Part shown: piece after piece, positions 8,418 to 16,764 of the stretch
Position numbering within the stretch: position 1 is the stretch's first letter
How the letters are laid out: every line of letters begins with the position of its first letter
Source: Candidatus Woesebacteria bacterium
Lineage (GTDB): Bacteria > Patescibacteriota > Microgenomatia > UBA1400 > UBA12108
Direction of reading: 5' to 3'
NCBI GenBank assembly: GCA_018060845.1
Contig: JAGOVG010000005.1
Coordinates: 2,530 to 66,529, forward strand
DNA length: 64,000 nucleotides
Notes under the pieces: generated by a model
What the model was told of the DNA's origin: nothing
The model's database searches: none
Seen by the model: only the letters and a program-made list of their open reading frames with translations
Program-made: the position numbers and the translations under genes

Positions 8418-9503
8418 TTATAACCCCAATAATTTACCCTCTTCCAAAACCACCTTATCATCTATAGTCAGTACGCTCCCAGGAGTTCGCATATCCTTGA
8501 CTATATCCCAGTGGATAGCACTCTCGTTCTCTCCCCCACCTCTCTTCTCTTTATACGCCCTGCCTAGTGCCATATGGATCGTGCCGCCAATCTTTTCGTC
8601 AAATAGTGTGTTCAACATCCCTCTGGTAATCTTAAAATTAGCCCCTATTGCAAACTCACCCAGATATCTCGCACCTGGATCTGTCTCTAGCATCTTAAGT
8701 AGCGCCTCCTCTCCCCGCTCTGCCTTGGCATTTATTACCTTCCCGTCTTTAAACTCTAGGTGGATACCAGACACTTCGTGTCCATATGCGAGAGTTGGCA
8801 GTTCAAAATAGACCTCGCCATTTACCCCGTCCGTAACAGGCGCCAGAAAGCATTCACCGTCTGGGATATTCCGCTCCCCAAAACATGCTTGAGCTAGCCT
8901 CCCTTTAATATTCACGTGTAGGTCCGTCATTCGTCCGACGACATGGATCACACTCCCCTCATCCATCACTTTTTCGAGGGATTTTAGGTCTTTTTCCATC
9001 TTCTTGTAGTCAACTAGTACACTGTCAAAGTAAAAGTCACGCAAAGAAGACAAACTCATCCCTGCCTCTTGCGCCATGGCGTCCGTTGGATAATAGGTCA
9101 AGATCCAGCGGTCACTATCGATCATCGGATCCATGAGTGGTCTGATTAGTTTGGATCGCTCAGTCATCTTTTTTGGGTCTATTCGCGACAAAGCTCGTAG
9201 GTTATCGTCCGCGACAATCCGTACGTACGCATCAGCCCAAGCAATCTTGGCTTTGATTACCTCTTTGGGTACATGCAATAGCTGCCAGTCATTTGCTAGG
9301 TTATAAAACTCATAATCCATTCCTGAGGTAGCGACATCGAGCATAGGGTACGCTCCACGCTTTAAAGTCTCTATATACACCGCCTTAGCTAGTAGCAACC
9401 CTAGATCACTGCTGGTAATTAATACCTTCTCTTTGGGCTTAACTGCCACCGAGTGGTCTAACATGATCGCAGCTAATTTAAAATCATTTTCAGTCGGAAA
9501 CAT
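8418..9503 (-). CDS. Aminopeptidase, peptidase family M29 (AmpS/PepS-like).
   Basis: 361 aa. C-terminal FDEKIGGTIHMALG and EFAIGANF motifs are characteristic of M29 aminopeptidases. Confidence 0.65.
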   Translation of the reverse strand: MFPTENDFKLAAIMLDHSVAVKPKEKVLITSSDLGLLLAKAVYIETLKRGAYPMLDVATSGMDYEFYNLANDWQLLHVPKEVIKAKIAWADAYVRIVADDNLRALSRIDPKKMTERSKLIRPLMDPMIDSDRWILTYYPTDAMAQEAGMSLSSLRDFYFDSVLVDYKKMEKDLKSLEKVMDEGSVIHVVGRMTDLHVNIKGRLAQACFGERNIPDGECFLAPVTDGVNGEVYFELPTLAYGHEVSGIHLEFKDGKVINAKAERGEEALLKMLETDPGARYLGEFAIGANFKITRGMLNTLFDEKIGGTIHMALGRAYKEKRGGGENESAIHWDIVKDMRTPGSVLTIDDKVVLEEGKLLGL

Positions 9504-9539
9504 TACTTGATTATACTTGTGCTATTTTTAAATGCAAAG

Positions 9540-10952
9540 CTATTTCTTACTTATTGTTAGTAGCACCGCATCACTATCATTTAAGACGACCTCACGGCTG
9601 TATGCCCCACCCACGACCGTCATCTCAGAGTTAATACTGCGTCCCGATAGGTAAGACTCGACTACTTTGTATACCCCATCCTCCATCCCGATCATATTAA
9701 GCGGTACCACCTCGTCATGTGTCCCCTTTTCGTCGTAGTTAACAGCCAGGATCCTGATCACCTCGCTACTATCTCGCGTTGCAATGGCAGTCACGTAGCC
9801 ACCCTCGCCAGACAGTACTAGCCTGTCACCATTAATTGGTGCTAACATCTCCCATGCCTTAAACCTCGGCTTCTTGGCTACTGCTCCATATTTGGGATTA
9901 GTCAACATACCCCAGCCACCATGGAACTGTCCCTTATCAGCGGGCGCCCCATCCATAATCTCAAAAGCAAATGCTAGGTCGATATTGGTATCCATCAGTG
10001 CGCGGTTAACTGCCAGGTAATGTGCCGCAGCCCAGCGACCGTCATACATAGCCCCACGCTCTGGGTTGATCCCCCATTCGGTGATGAATAGATCTTGTGG
10101 ACGTGTGATCCGCGTACTCATCATGTCCGATGCTGTCTTAGCATCATCAATAAACTTGTCGACCTTGGTGTCGTAGCGGTGCCAGGAGAAAAAGTCGATT
10201 CGCACATTCTCATCTAGTTTGTCATAAAAACCAGTTACCCATGCAGGATAAAATCCAGTAGTTGCTGGTCCACCAATCTTAAATGGCTTGGCACCTCGCA
10301 CACCATTGGCTGCATTAGCAGCTGTTGCATAAAGCGTCACATAGTTCTTACTCCCCCCCATCTTCCAGCCACCAAACAAGTCAGGCTCATTCCAGACTTC
10401 GTATATCACCCCGTCGATGCCACCCTTATAATCACGGCTATAACGGCCAACTGTAGCAGCTACGACAGCTCCCCAATCACCCCAGTTATTAGGGAAGTCG
10501 AGGATATCGCCCTTGCTTATTGCAGACGGCATATAAGACAGCGCAATAAAAGGTTTGGCACCCATCGCTGTAATATCTGAGATCATCGCATCCAGTTTGG
10601 TCCAGTTGTATGCGAGCTGCCCATTGCCGCCACGTGACACCACATCAAAACCATCAAATACATGGTCGATTCGGACGTATCTAACCCCAGTCGATTTGAC
10701 TATTGGTGCAACGCCACTAAGTCTAAAGTCAGCATCGGGTAGTTTTTCATAACCCTGCGCTACCCCATCCCACACCCTCCGCACCCGACCATTGGTCTGG
10801 CTCACGTCCACTGTAATATTTGCAGGAGCAAAGCTCGCACCAGTTAGATATTTCCAGGCTTGCTGGGCCAGCGGGATTGTAACTGGCAGTAGTGCCATTA
10901 AGATTACAACCAACAAAATAGTCTTAAGATTCTTTTGAAAATATTTGCGCAT
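9540..10952 (-). CDS. Membrane-anchored or secreted glycoside hydrolase, clan GH-A-like (GH5/GH39-type (beta/alpha)8 fold).
   Basis: N-terminal TM/signal. WNEPD (acid/base Glu) and ITEWG (nucleophile Glu) motifs in the typical spacing. Confidence 0.5.
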   Translation of the reverse strand: MRKYFQKNLKTILLVVILMALLPVTIPLAQQAWKYLTGASFAPANITVDVSQTNGRVRRVWDGVAQGYEKLPDADFRLSGVAPIVKSTGVRYVRIDHVFDGFDVVSRGGNGQLAYNWTKLDAMISDITAMGAKPFIALSYMPSAISKGDILDFPNNWGDWGAVVAATVGRYSRDYKGGIDGVIYEVWNEPDLFGGWKMGGSKNYVTLYATAANAANGVRGAKPFKIGGPATTGFYPAWVTGFYDKLDENVRIDFFSWHRYDTKVDKFIDDAKTASDMMSTRITRPQDLFITEWGINPERGAMYDGRWAAAHYLAVNRALMDTNIDLAFAFEIMDGAPADKGQFHGGWGMLTNPKYGAVAKKPRFKAWEMLAPINGDRLVLSGEGGYVTAIATRDSSEVIRILAVNYDEKGTHDEVVPLNMIGMEDGVYKVVESYLSGRSINSEMTVVGGAYSREVVLNDSDAVLLTISKK

Positions 10953-10982
10953 TACAGTAACTATGACATATAATCACAATCT

Positions 10983-11546
10983 ATGTCCACCATCAAAGCT
11001 AATCAACTCAAAGGCGGGATGTTTGTCCTCTTTAAAGACGCTCCTCATGAGGTAGTAAAGTGCGAGTTCTACTTCCCCGGCAAAGGCAGCGCTTTTGCTC
11101 GAACTCGCCTTAAGAATGTACGTACTGGCAGTGTCCAAGATTTTACCTACAAAAGTAGCGAAACAGTCGAAGTGGTCGAGGTCGATACACTAGAGCTTCA
11201 GTATCTCTACGCAGATGGTGACACCTTCTACTTTATGAACCCTAGGACTTTTGATCAATTCGAAGTAAAGAAATGGGTCTTTGACGGCAAAGAAAGATAC
11301 CTCCTAGCCGAAGCCAAGATGTTCTTTAATCAATACGAGGGCGAGGTCATTGGTGTCCGTTTTCCCCCCAAAGTTAATCTTAAGATTACCGAGTCCCAAG
11401 ATGCCGTAGCCGGCAACACTGTAAACGCCGCCAAAAAACCCGCCATGACCGAGAATGGTTTTGAGGTTATGGTCCCCCTCTTTGTCAAAACTGGTGAGTC
11501 AGTAATCGTCGATACCGAAACAGGCGAATACGTTAGTCGAGCATAA
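10983..11546 (+). CDS. efp: Elongation factor P
   Basis: 187 aa. KGG motif at the N-terminus and conserved EF-P OB-domains. Confidence 0.9.
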   Translation: MSTIKANQLKGGMFVLFKDAPHEVVKCEFYFPGKGSAFARTRLKNVRTGSVQDFTYKSSETVEVVEVDTLELQYLYADGDTFYFMNPRTFDQFEVKKWVFDGKERYLLAEAKMFFNQYEGEVIGVRFPPKVNLKITESQDAVAGNTVNAAKKPAMTENGFEVMVPLFVKTGESVIVDTETGEYVSRA

Positions 11547-11571
11547 TTCTCATAAAACGGTTACAGACACA

Positions 11572-11665
11572 ACTTTACAGTCAAAAAATTTATCGCAGTT
11601 CGGGTAGAACGAGATCGAGGTCGCTGAGTCAGCTGACTCAGACAGACCGCTTTTTTGCGTAAAGT
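11572..11665. repeat. Family R1 structured repeat, copy 3 (divergent). Inner hairpin ctgagtcagctgactcag and outer stem actttac/gtaaagt both carry compensatory changes relative to copies 1 and 2.
   Basis: Alignment to the other copies. The conserved core cgggtagaacgagatcgaggtcgc...gacagaccgctttttt is retained. Confidence 0.6.
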
Positions 11666-11687
11666 GGGTCGAAAACCAATATTAGAA

Positions 11688-12260
11688 TTATCTCTCGGCC
11701 GTTAGTTTTAGCCAGTTATCGTTATTGCTTGCACAAGTCTTAGATTCTACCCTGACTTTCATATAATCAACGCCTGAGATTGTCTTGATAGTCCCGCTCC
11801 TACCACCATAAGTAGTGTTAGCTAGTAGCTCATTACCATCTTTTTTCCAGATGGTTATACCAAAGCTAGTGTTATCAATTAGTTCGTAGCGCAATGTAAG
11901 TGGTCCAGTAATATCCTTAACCTCAGTTATATAACTGATCGGGCAGATGCTGGTCTTAACTAAAGTAAGGGTTAGGTGAGATGTAGTAGTTGTGGTCGTC
12001 TTAGTGGTGGCTACACCTTTAACTGTCCCGATATTTTTGACTGGTAGCCCACCTTTGGTCGTAGATGGAGCAGATGGCTCTGGTGACATACTAGGTTTAA
12101 CTGATGTCGAGGGAGCAGGAGATGTAGAAGCTATAGGTGTAGGTGACGCACTAGGTGTAGGAAAGAGCTTGCCAAACAGTCCGGTCACCCCGCGAAAAGC
12201 GAGGACACCAGCGACTACTAATACGAGCACAGTAACTAAACCGATCAAAAATTGTTTCAT
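11688..12260 (-). CDS. Hypothetical membrane-anchored or secreted protein with a Ser/Pro/Thr-rich linker. Start moved to MKQFLIG.
   Basis: N-terminal hydrophobic helix. Low-complexity PSxSP linker. Confidence 0.45.
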   Translation of the reverse strand: MKQFLIGLVTVLVLVVAGVLAFRGVTGLFGKLFPTPSASPTPIASTSPAPSTSVKPSMSPEPSAPSTTKGGLPVKNIGTVKGVATTKTTTTTTSHLTLTLVKTSICPISYITEVKDITGPLTLRYELIDNTSFGITIWKKDGNELLANTTYGGRSGTIKTISGVDYMKVRVESKTCASNNDNWLKLTAER

Positions 12261-12310
12261 ATGTCCTATATTATATACCACGCTGTCAAATATTATGATA
12301 AATGCTAGTA

Positions 12311-12547
12311 TCAATCTATATTTTCAGATCCGCTACGCTTATCCTGGGTCATCCATGGCAAGACTGTCGTTTCCCCCAATATCCGCTGTCTAAATGCTGC
12401 TCTTTTTTCTAAATATGATTTGACAGACATCCCAGGTTTGATATCGTCTACTATGTAATCAGCTTCTTCGCTGGGCAACCCCAGCTTTAGTAATTCTGCT
12501 AATATCTTTAATTTCTTATCTTCTCTGCCCACACTATTTTCGGTCAT
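12311..12547 (-). CDS. Hypothetical protein (78 aa)
   Basis: ORF overlaps the 3' end of the upstream EpmA-like gene by 14 nt in an operon-like arrangement. Confidence 0.3.
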   Translation of the reverse strand: MTENSVGREDKKLKILAELLKLGLPSEEADYIVDDIKPGMSVKSYLEKRAAFRQRILGETTVLPWMTQDKRSGSENID

Positions 12548-13580
12548 ATAATTCCTCTACCGGGAAAAAAAGTGTATCAGCAATGCTCGGTGTATCGGCA
12601 AATAGTGCGACCAGCCTGTCCACCCCGACAGCTATTCCCCCAGTTGCTGGAATACCTAGCTTTAGCGCTTCGATAAAATCCTCATCCATTGGATACTCGG
12701 TCTTACCTAGTTTTTTGCGCTCCAAGAGGTCTGCTTTACACCTACTCTCCTGCTCTCTCCAGTCCGTCAGCTCCGAAAAACAGTTCCCTAGCTCGTATCC
12801 TGCCAGATACACTTCCCATCGCTCCGCAAACCTTGGGTCTTTTGCTTTACGCGCGAGCGCAGCCTGGGACACAGGAAAATCGTACAGGATAGTCGGGCCA
12901 GCTACACCCAGCTTAGGTTCTATCTCATTTGCGATGATCTGGTTCCACATCTCTTCCCACGTCGAGTTCTCGTCGACTTGATACCCTTTATTTTTGCTCG
13001 CCACAAACAGCTTATCCCTATCCAGCATCGACTCGGTATCAATCTCTGCATACTTTTCAAAAGCTTGCGCAACAGATATCCTCTCCCACGGTGCCTTTAG
13101 CGAATATTCTTTACCTTGATACTTAAGTGTTGTTGCATTGTTGCTATGTTGCATTCTATTGTTTATCGCAATCATCATTTCCTCAAAATCTGCTGCCACC
13201 GTCATATAGTCACCTGGTGTGTGATACCACTCGAGGATGGTAAACTCTGGGTTGTGCCGACTAGACCGCCCCTCACCGTTACGAAAAGATTTGGCAATGG
13301 TAAAGATGGAGCCTGACCCAGCAGATAAGAGTTTTTTTAGTGCAAACTCAGGTGAGGACGGCAAAAAACCGTCCCACTTATTGCCATGATCATCTACTAG
13401 CTGAGTCTTAAATACCTCTAGGAATGGCTCGGTAGAAGGCGTGGGGAGTAGTAGCGGCACCTCTGCTTCATGAAATCCACGAGTCTTAAAAAATGAGCGA
13501 ATCGCGTCAATTACCTGCTCTCTCACCCAGTACTGGCGCCACAGCGCGGGATTAGCTTTTAGTTTTTGAAATGTTTTCAC
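12534..13580 (-). CDS. epmA: EF-P lysine ligase-like class II aminoacyl-tRNA synthetase paralog (EpmA/GenX/PoxA-like, i.e. LysRS catalytic core without an anticodon-binding domain).
   Basis: 348 aa. Class II aaRS motifs (FTILEWY, GYELGNCFSEL, GGIAVGVDRLVALF). No N-terminal OB domain. Lies ~1 kb from efp. Confidence 0.6.
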   Translation of the reverse strand: MKTFQKLKANPALWRQYWVREQVIDAIRSFFKTRGFHEAEVPLLLPTPSTEPFLEVFKTQLVDDHGNKWDGFLPSSPEFALKKLLSAGSGSIFTIAKSFRNGEGRSSRHNPEFTILEWYHTPGDYMTVAADFEEMMIAINNRMQHSNNATTLKYQGKEYSLKAPWERISVAQAFEKYAEIDTESMLDRDKLFVASKNKGYQVDENSTWEEMWNQIIANEIEPKLGVAGPTILYDFPVSQAALARKAKDPRFAERWEVYLAGYELGNCFSELTDWREQESRCKADLLERKKLGKTEYPMDEDFIEALKLGIPATGGIAVGVDRLVALFADTPSIADTLFFPVEELYDRK

Positions 13581-13882
13581 TCAAGTATCTTAACACTGTC
13601 CGGATTTAACACATATTGATCAGTTGGTCGAAGAGTAATGATCATAGCTTCATCGCCAAAACCTCCATGATCATCAAACCAACCCATCTTCTCCAGATCT
13701 TCTCGAGTAATTCCATGCTGCCAGTTACCTTGCGAAACCACCCAGTCAATAACCGATGCTTCCCACTTTAGCGCATCAAGTCCACACTTTTCCACTACCC
13801 CCTTAGCCACAGGATATCCTTGTCCTTCTTTGAGATTAAGATATTCCCGTACTGATATACCTAGAATTACTACCTCTGTCAT
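13577..13882 (-). CDS. Hypothetical protein (101 aa). Its stop overlaps the start of the EpmA-like gene.
   Basis: ORF with ATGA overlap. Confidence 0.35.
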   Translation of the reverse strand: MTEVVILGISVREYLNLKEGQGYPVAKGVVEKCGLDALKWEASVIDWVVSQGNWQHGITREDLEKMGWFDDHGGFGDEAMIITLRPTDQYVLNPDSVKILE

Positions 13883-13966
13883 ATATTGAACATTTTAATC
13901 GTTTGAATATTGTTTTCCTGACATTTTTTGACAAAAACTACCAGTACATCATGCATACTCTCCAGG

Positions 13967-14302
13967 TTAGCGCGTAATAACTTTGTGTATCTTGCATTGA
14001 GTGTAATCATCACATCGCACATTGCATTTGTTAACTGCCTCAGTTACAGTCGCGATATCTTTGGGGAGCTGCTCATTAATGTCAGCAAGGCTCTTCTCAT
14101 CACCATAGGCTCTAATATTCGTATCATTTATCATCGGATCAAGTCTTAAAAATTTGGGGATAAGTCTTAAAGCAGAGTTAACTACAAAATGTGGAGCAGT
14201 AATTGCAAAAACCCTGAGTGTGTGAGCTATTTTACCCTGTGAACCCTTACATTCAACCTTACTTGCATGTTGTTCCATTTCTACCAAAGCAGCATTACTC
14301 AT
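13967..14302 (-). CDS. Hypothetical protein (111 aa). Divergent partner of wHTH paralog C.
   Basis: ORF. Its leader contains a TATGGGGT motif shared with the leaders at 46764 and 50899. Confidence 0.35.
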   Translation of the reverse strand: MSNAALVEMEQHASKVECKGSQGKIAHTLRVFAITAPHFVVNSALRLIPKFLRLDPMINDTNIRAYGDEKSLADINEQLPKDIATVTEAVNKCNVRCDDYTQCKIHKVITR

Positions 14303-14382
14303 ATAATCCTTTCATATAATTATATATCTACCCCATAGTCTACATAGTAAAAATAATATTTCCTGACAAATTTTGACACCAG

Positions 14383-15417
14383 GTGTATACTATGGGATAT
14401 ATGAAAATAGCTTGGGACTGGTCACTAGAGAGCGAGGCAGAGAGGATACTTGAGATGTCCCTCAAGATCAGTAATGGCTTCTACCACCTCCATCACTTCC
14501 TCCCCCTCCCATTTGACCTAAAAAATACTCGAAAAGATACCTCCCACCATGTCTATCTCCCAGATCTACCCTATACCAAGATCCCTCGGTACTGGGAGTC
14601 TACAAGTCAGGTTGGGGCAACCTACCCCCTCAAACAACTTGGTTCTATCTCCGACCAGTTAGCGCAGCATCTTACCCTCCGCAAACTCCCTTCGCTCGAT
14701 AGCCATATAGTCCAACCAGATGCCGAGATCTATCTCCCCCTAGTGATTACTTGGCTACAATACACGTTCCCTAGACTTCCGCTCCCAGAGACAATCTTGA
14801 TCCACCCCAGCTACTTTGGCACCGGCGGCTCATTCTATTTTAATCAAGAGTCAAAAACAGTCATCCTCTATCTGCGCCATGATCAAGGCCTCTACCCCCT
14901 AGTTGAGATCCTCTTAACTGCACTCCTTAGGCCTCATGCAGGCGAGACCATCTATGCCGACTGGGAAAAGACAGAGTACCTAGTCGACTATCTACTCCTC
15001 GAGAGTAATCTAAAAGATCTCCTGCCCTCTCCTTCTTCTTGGACTCCTACTACCATCCCACCCCACTACTCACTATTCACAGTCAAAGAGTCGACAGACT
15101 TTGTCAAAAAAATAGGACTTAGCAACCATGTCGAATGCCAGTTTAGTCTAGAGGGTGATACTATCTGCTTTAACCATGTCCTCCTGACAGACTTTACAGC
15201 TAGCCAACATGCATTACTTTCTGCCTTGATCTCGCGCTCACCCGCGCCCTTAACCGTAGACGAGATCGCAGACTTAATATTCACCAAAGATGAAAAATTT
15301 AGCCTGAGTGCAATCGGCAAAACTATAGAGAGGCTTCGCAAAAAACTAACGACACTCGGCATCAGTAGTAGCTATATCGCAACAGCGAGCGGTGTCGGGT
15401 ATTATCTCAAGAATTAA
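14383..15417 (+). CDS. Standalone transcriptional regulator with a C-terminal OmpR/PhoB-type winged-helix DNA-binding domain and no receiver domain (paralog C of three).
   Basis: The C-terminal region (LTVDEIADLIF...TIERLRKKL...SGVGYYL) has the trans_reg_C pattern. The N-terminal domain aligns with 50966..52000 (LPxLPYTxIPRxWES, ILLTALLRP/ILAAIFRP). Confidence 0.55.
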   Translation: MYTMGYMKIAWDWSLESEAERILEMSLKISNGFYHLHHFLPLPFDLKNTRKDTSHHVYLPDLPYTKIPRYWESTSQVGATYPLKQLGSISDQLAQHLTLRKLPSLDSHIVQPDAEIYLPLVITWLQYTFPRLPLPETILIHPSYFGTGGSFYFNQESKTVILYLRHDQGLYPLVEILLTALLRPHAGETIYADWEKTEYLVDYLLLESNLKDLLPSPSSWTPTTIPPHYSLFTVKESTDFVKKIGLSNHVECQFSLEGDTICFNHVLLTDFTASQHALLSALISRSPAPLTVDEIADLIFTKDEKFSLSAIGKTIERLRKKLTTLGISSSYIATASGVGYYLKN

Positions 15418-15422
15418 GTAAT

Positions 15423-16478
15423 CTAATACCGTAGCCGTGCCCCTACCTTTACCTTCTTTAGCAGCCTCTCATCAGTCAGTAGTTTGCCGCACCCTCTTAC
15501 TACCGCCGCCATCGGCTCCTCACACACGTAAACAGGCATGCTAGTTGCTTCGGATACCATTTTATCTATGCCTCTAATTAGCGATCCACCCCCAGCCATC
15601 GTGATCCCATGCTGGATAATATCCGATATCAGCTCAGGCGGTGTCTCCTCTATTACGTCCATTACCCCTCGTACTATCTGCTGCAGAGTAGGCGCCATCG
15701 CCTCTCTCACTTCACTCGCATTAAACTTCATCGATTTTGGCAGCCCTGATCCTAGGTCTCGTCCCCTCACCACTGCCTGCAGTCCATCTAGCTTGCTATC
15801 AGCAGTTGCACTACCTACACTCGTTTTTACTTCTTCGGCACTCGCATCGCCCAGTAACAGCCCATACTTTACTCTGGAAAAATGAATAATCGACTCTGTC
15901 AGCTCATCCCCCGCCACCCGTAGTGATTTATTCAAAACAATGCCACCAAGCGACAGCACCGCAATCTCCGTAGTCCCACCACCTATATCTATGATCATCT
16001 GCCCTCTAGGCTCATCAATCGGTAGTCCTGCTCCGATCGCCGCGGCCATCGGCTCTTCAACCAAAAATGCTTCTCTGGCTCCCGCCGAAACCGCCGCCTC
16101 AGACACTGCCCTTCGCTCTACTTCGGTCACCCCCGACGGGATACCAATAATCACCCTTGGCCTTGGCACTTTTGCAATCCATGGCGAATTTTCGTGAACT
16201 TTTTTAATATAGAAATCAAGCATCGCAAGCGCCCCATCGTAGTCAGCAATCACCCCATCGCGTAGTGGTCGCACCGCCTCGATCGCTTGCGGCGTCTTAC
16301 CCGCCATTAACTTGGCTTCGCTCCCAATCGCGAGGACCGCTCCAGTTTTTTTGTGCCGTGCCACGTAGCTAGGCTCCCTTATTAAGATCCCTTTATTCTT
16401 TACAAAAACTAGCGTGTTGGCAGTCCCGAGGTCGATCCCCATATCCATCGAAAAAAGTCCCAAAAGTGCATTAAGCAT
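15423..16478 (-). CDS. mreB: Rod-shape-determining actin homolog MreB (paralog 1).
   Basis: GIDLGTANTLVF... phosphate-1 motif. DIGGGTTE phosphate-2. Overall MreB signature. Confidence 0.9.
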   Translation of the reverse strand: MLNALLGLFSMDMGIDLGTANTLVFVKNKGILIREPSYVARHKKTGAVLAIGSEAKLMAGKTPQAIEAVRPLRDGVIADYDGALAMLDFYIKKVHENSPWIAKVPRPRVIIGIPSGVTEVERRAVSEAAVSAGAREAFLVEEPMAAAIGAGLPIDEPRGQMIIDIGGGTTEIAVLSLGGIVLNKSLRVAGDELTESIIHFSRVKYGLLLGDASAEEVKTSVGSATADSKLDGLQAVVRGRDLGSGLPKSMKFNASEVREAMAPTLQQIVRGVMDVIEETPPELISDIIQHGITMAGGGSLIRGIDKMVSEATSMPVYVCEEPMAAVVRGCGKLLTDERLLKKVKVGARLRY

Positions 16479-16626
16479 AGCGTCCTATATGATAGCACAG
16501 ATCTGGGATCAAGACACAGGGATAGCATCATAAAACATCAGAAAGCATCAAAGTAGACATTAACCACAACCAGTACAGACGTCAATTTTTTGTGCAGGAT
16601 AATTTTCTATCACTAAGCCGATGGAA

Positions 16627-16728
16627 GAGTATTTTGCAGTCAAAAAATTTTGCGCAGGGCGGGTAGCCCGAGCTCGAGGTCGCCCCGCCAGCTGGCGGGG
16701 ATAGACCGCTTTTTTGCGCAAAGTACTC
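16627..16728. repeat. Family R1 structured repeat, copy 2. Nearly identical core and inner hairpin to copy 1. Outer stem gagtattttgc/gcaaagtactc.
   Basis: Alignment. Lies in the divergent intergenic region between mreB and the O-antigen-ligase-like gene. Confidence 0.7.
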
Positions 16729-16764
16729 TGAATCGCAGTGACATAATCCTGTTATACTTTTCCT

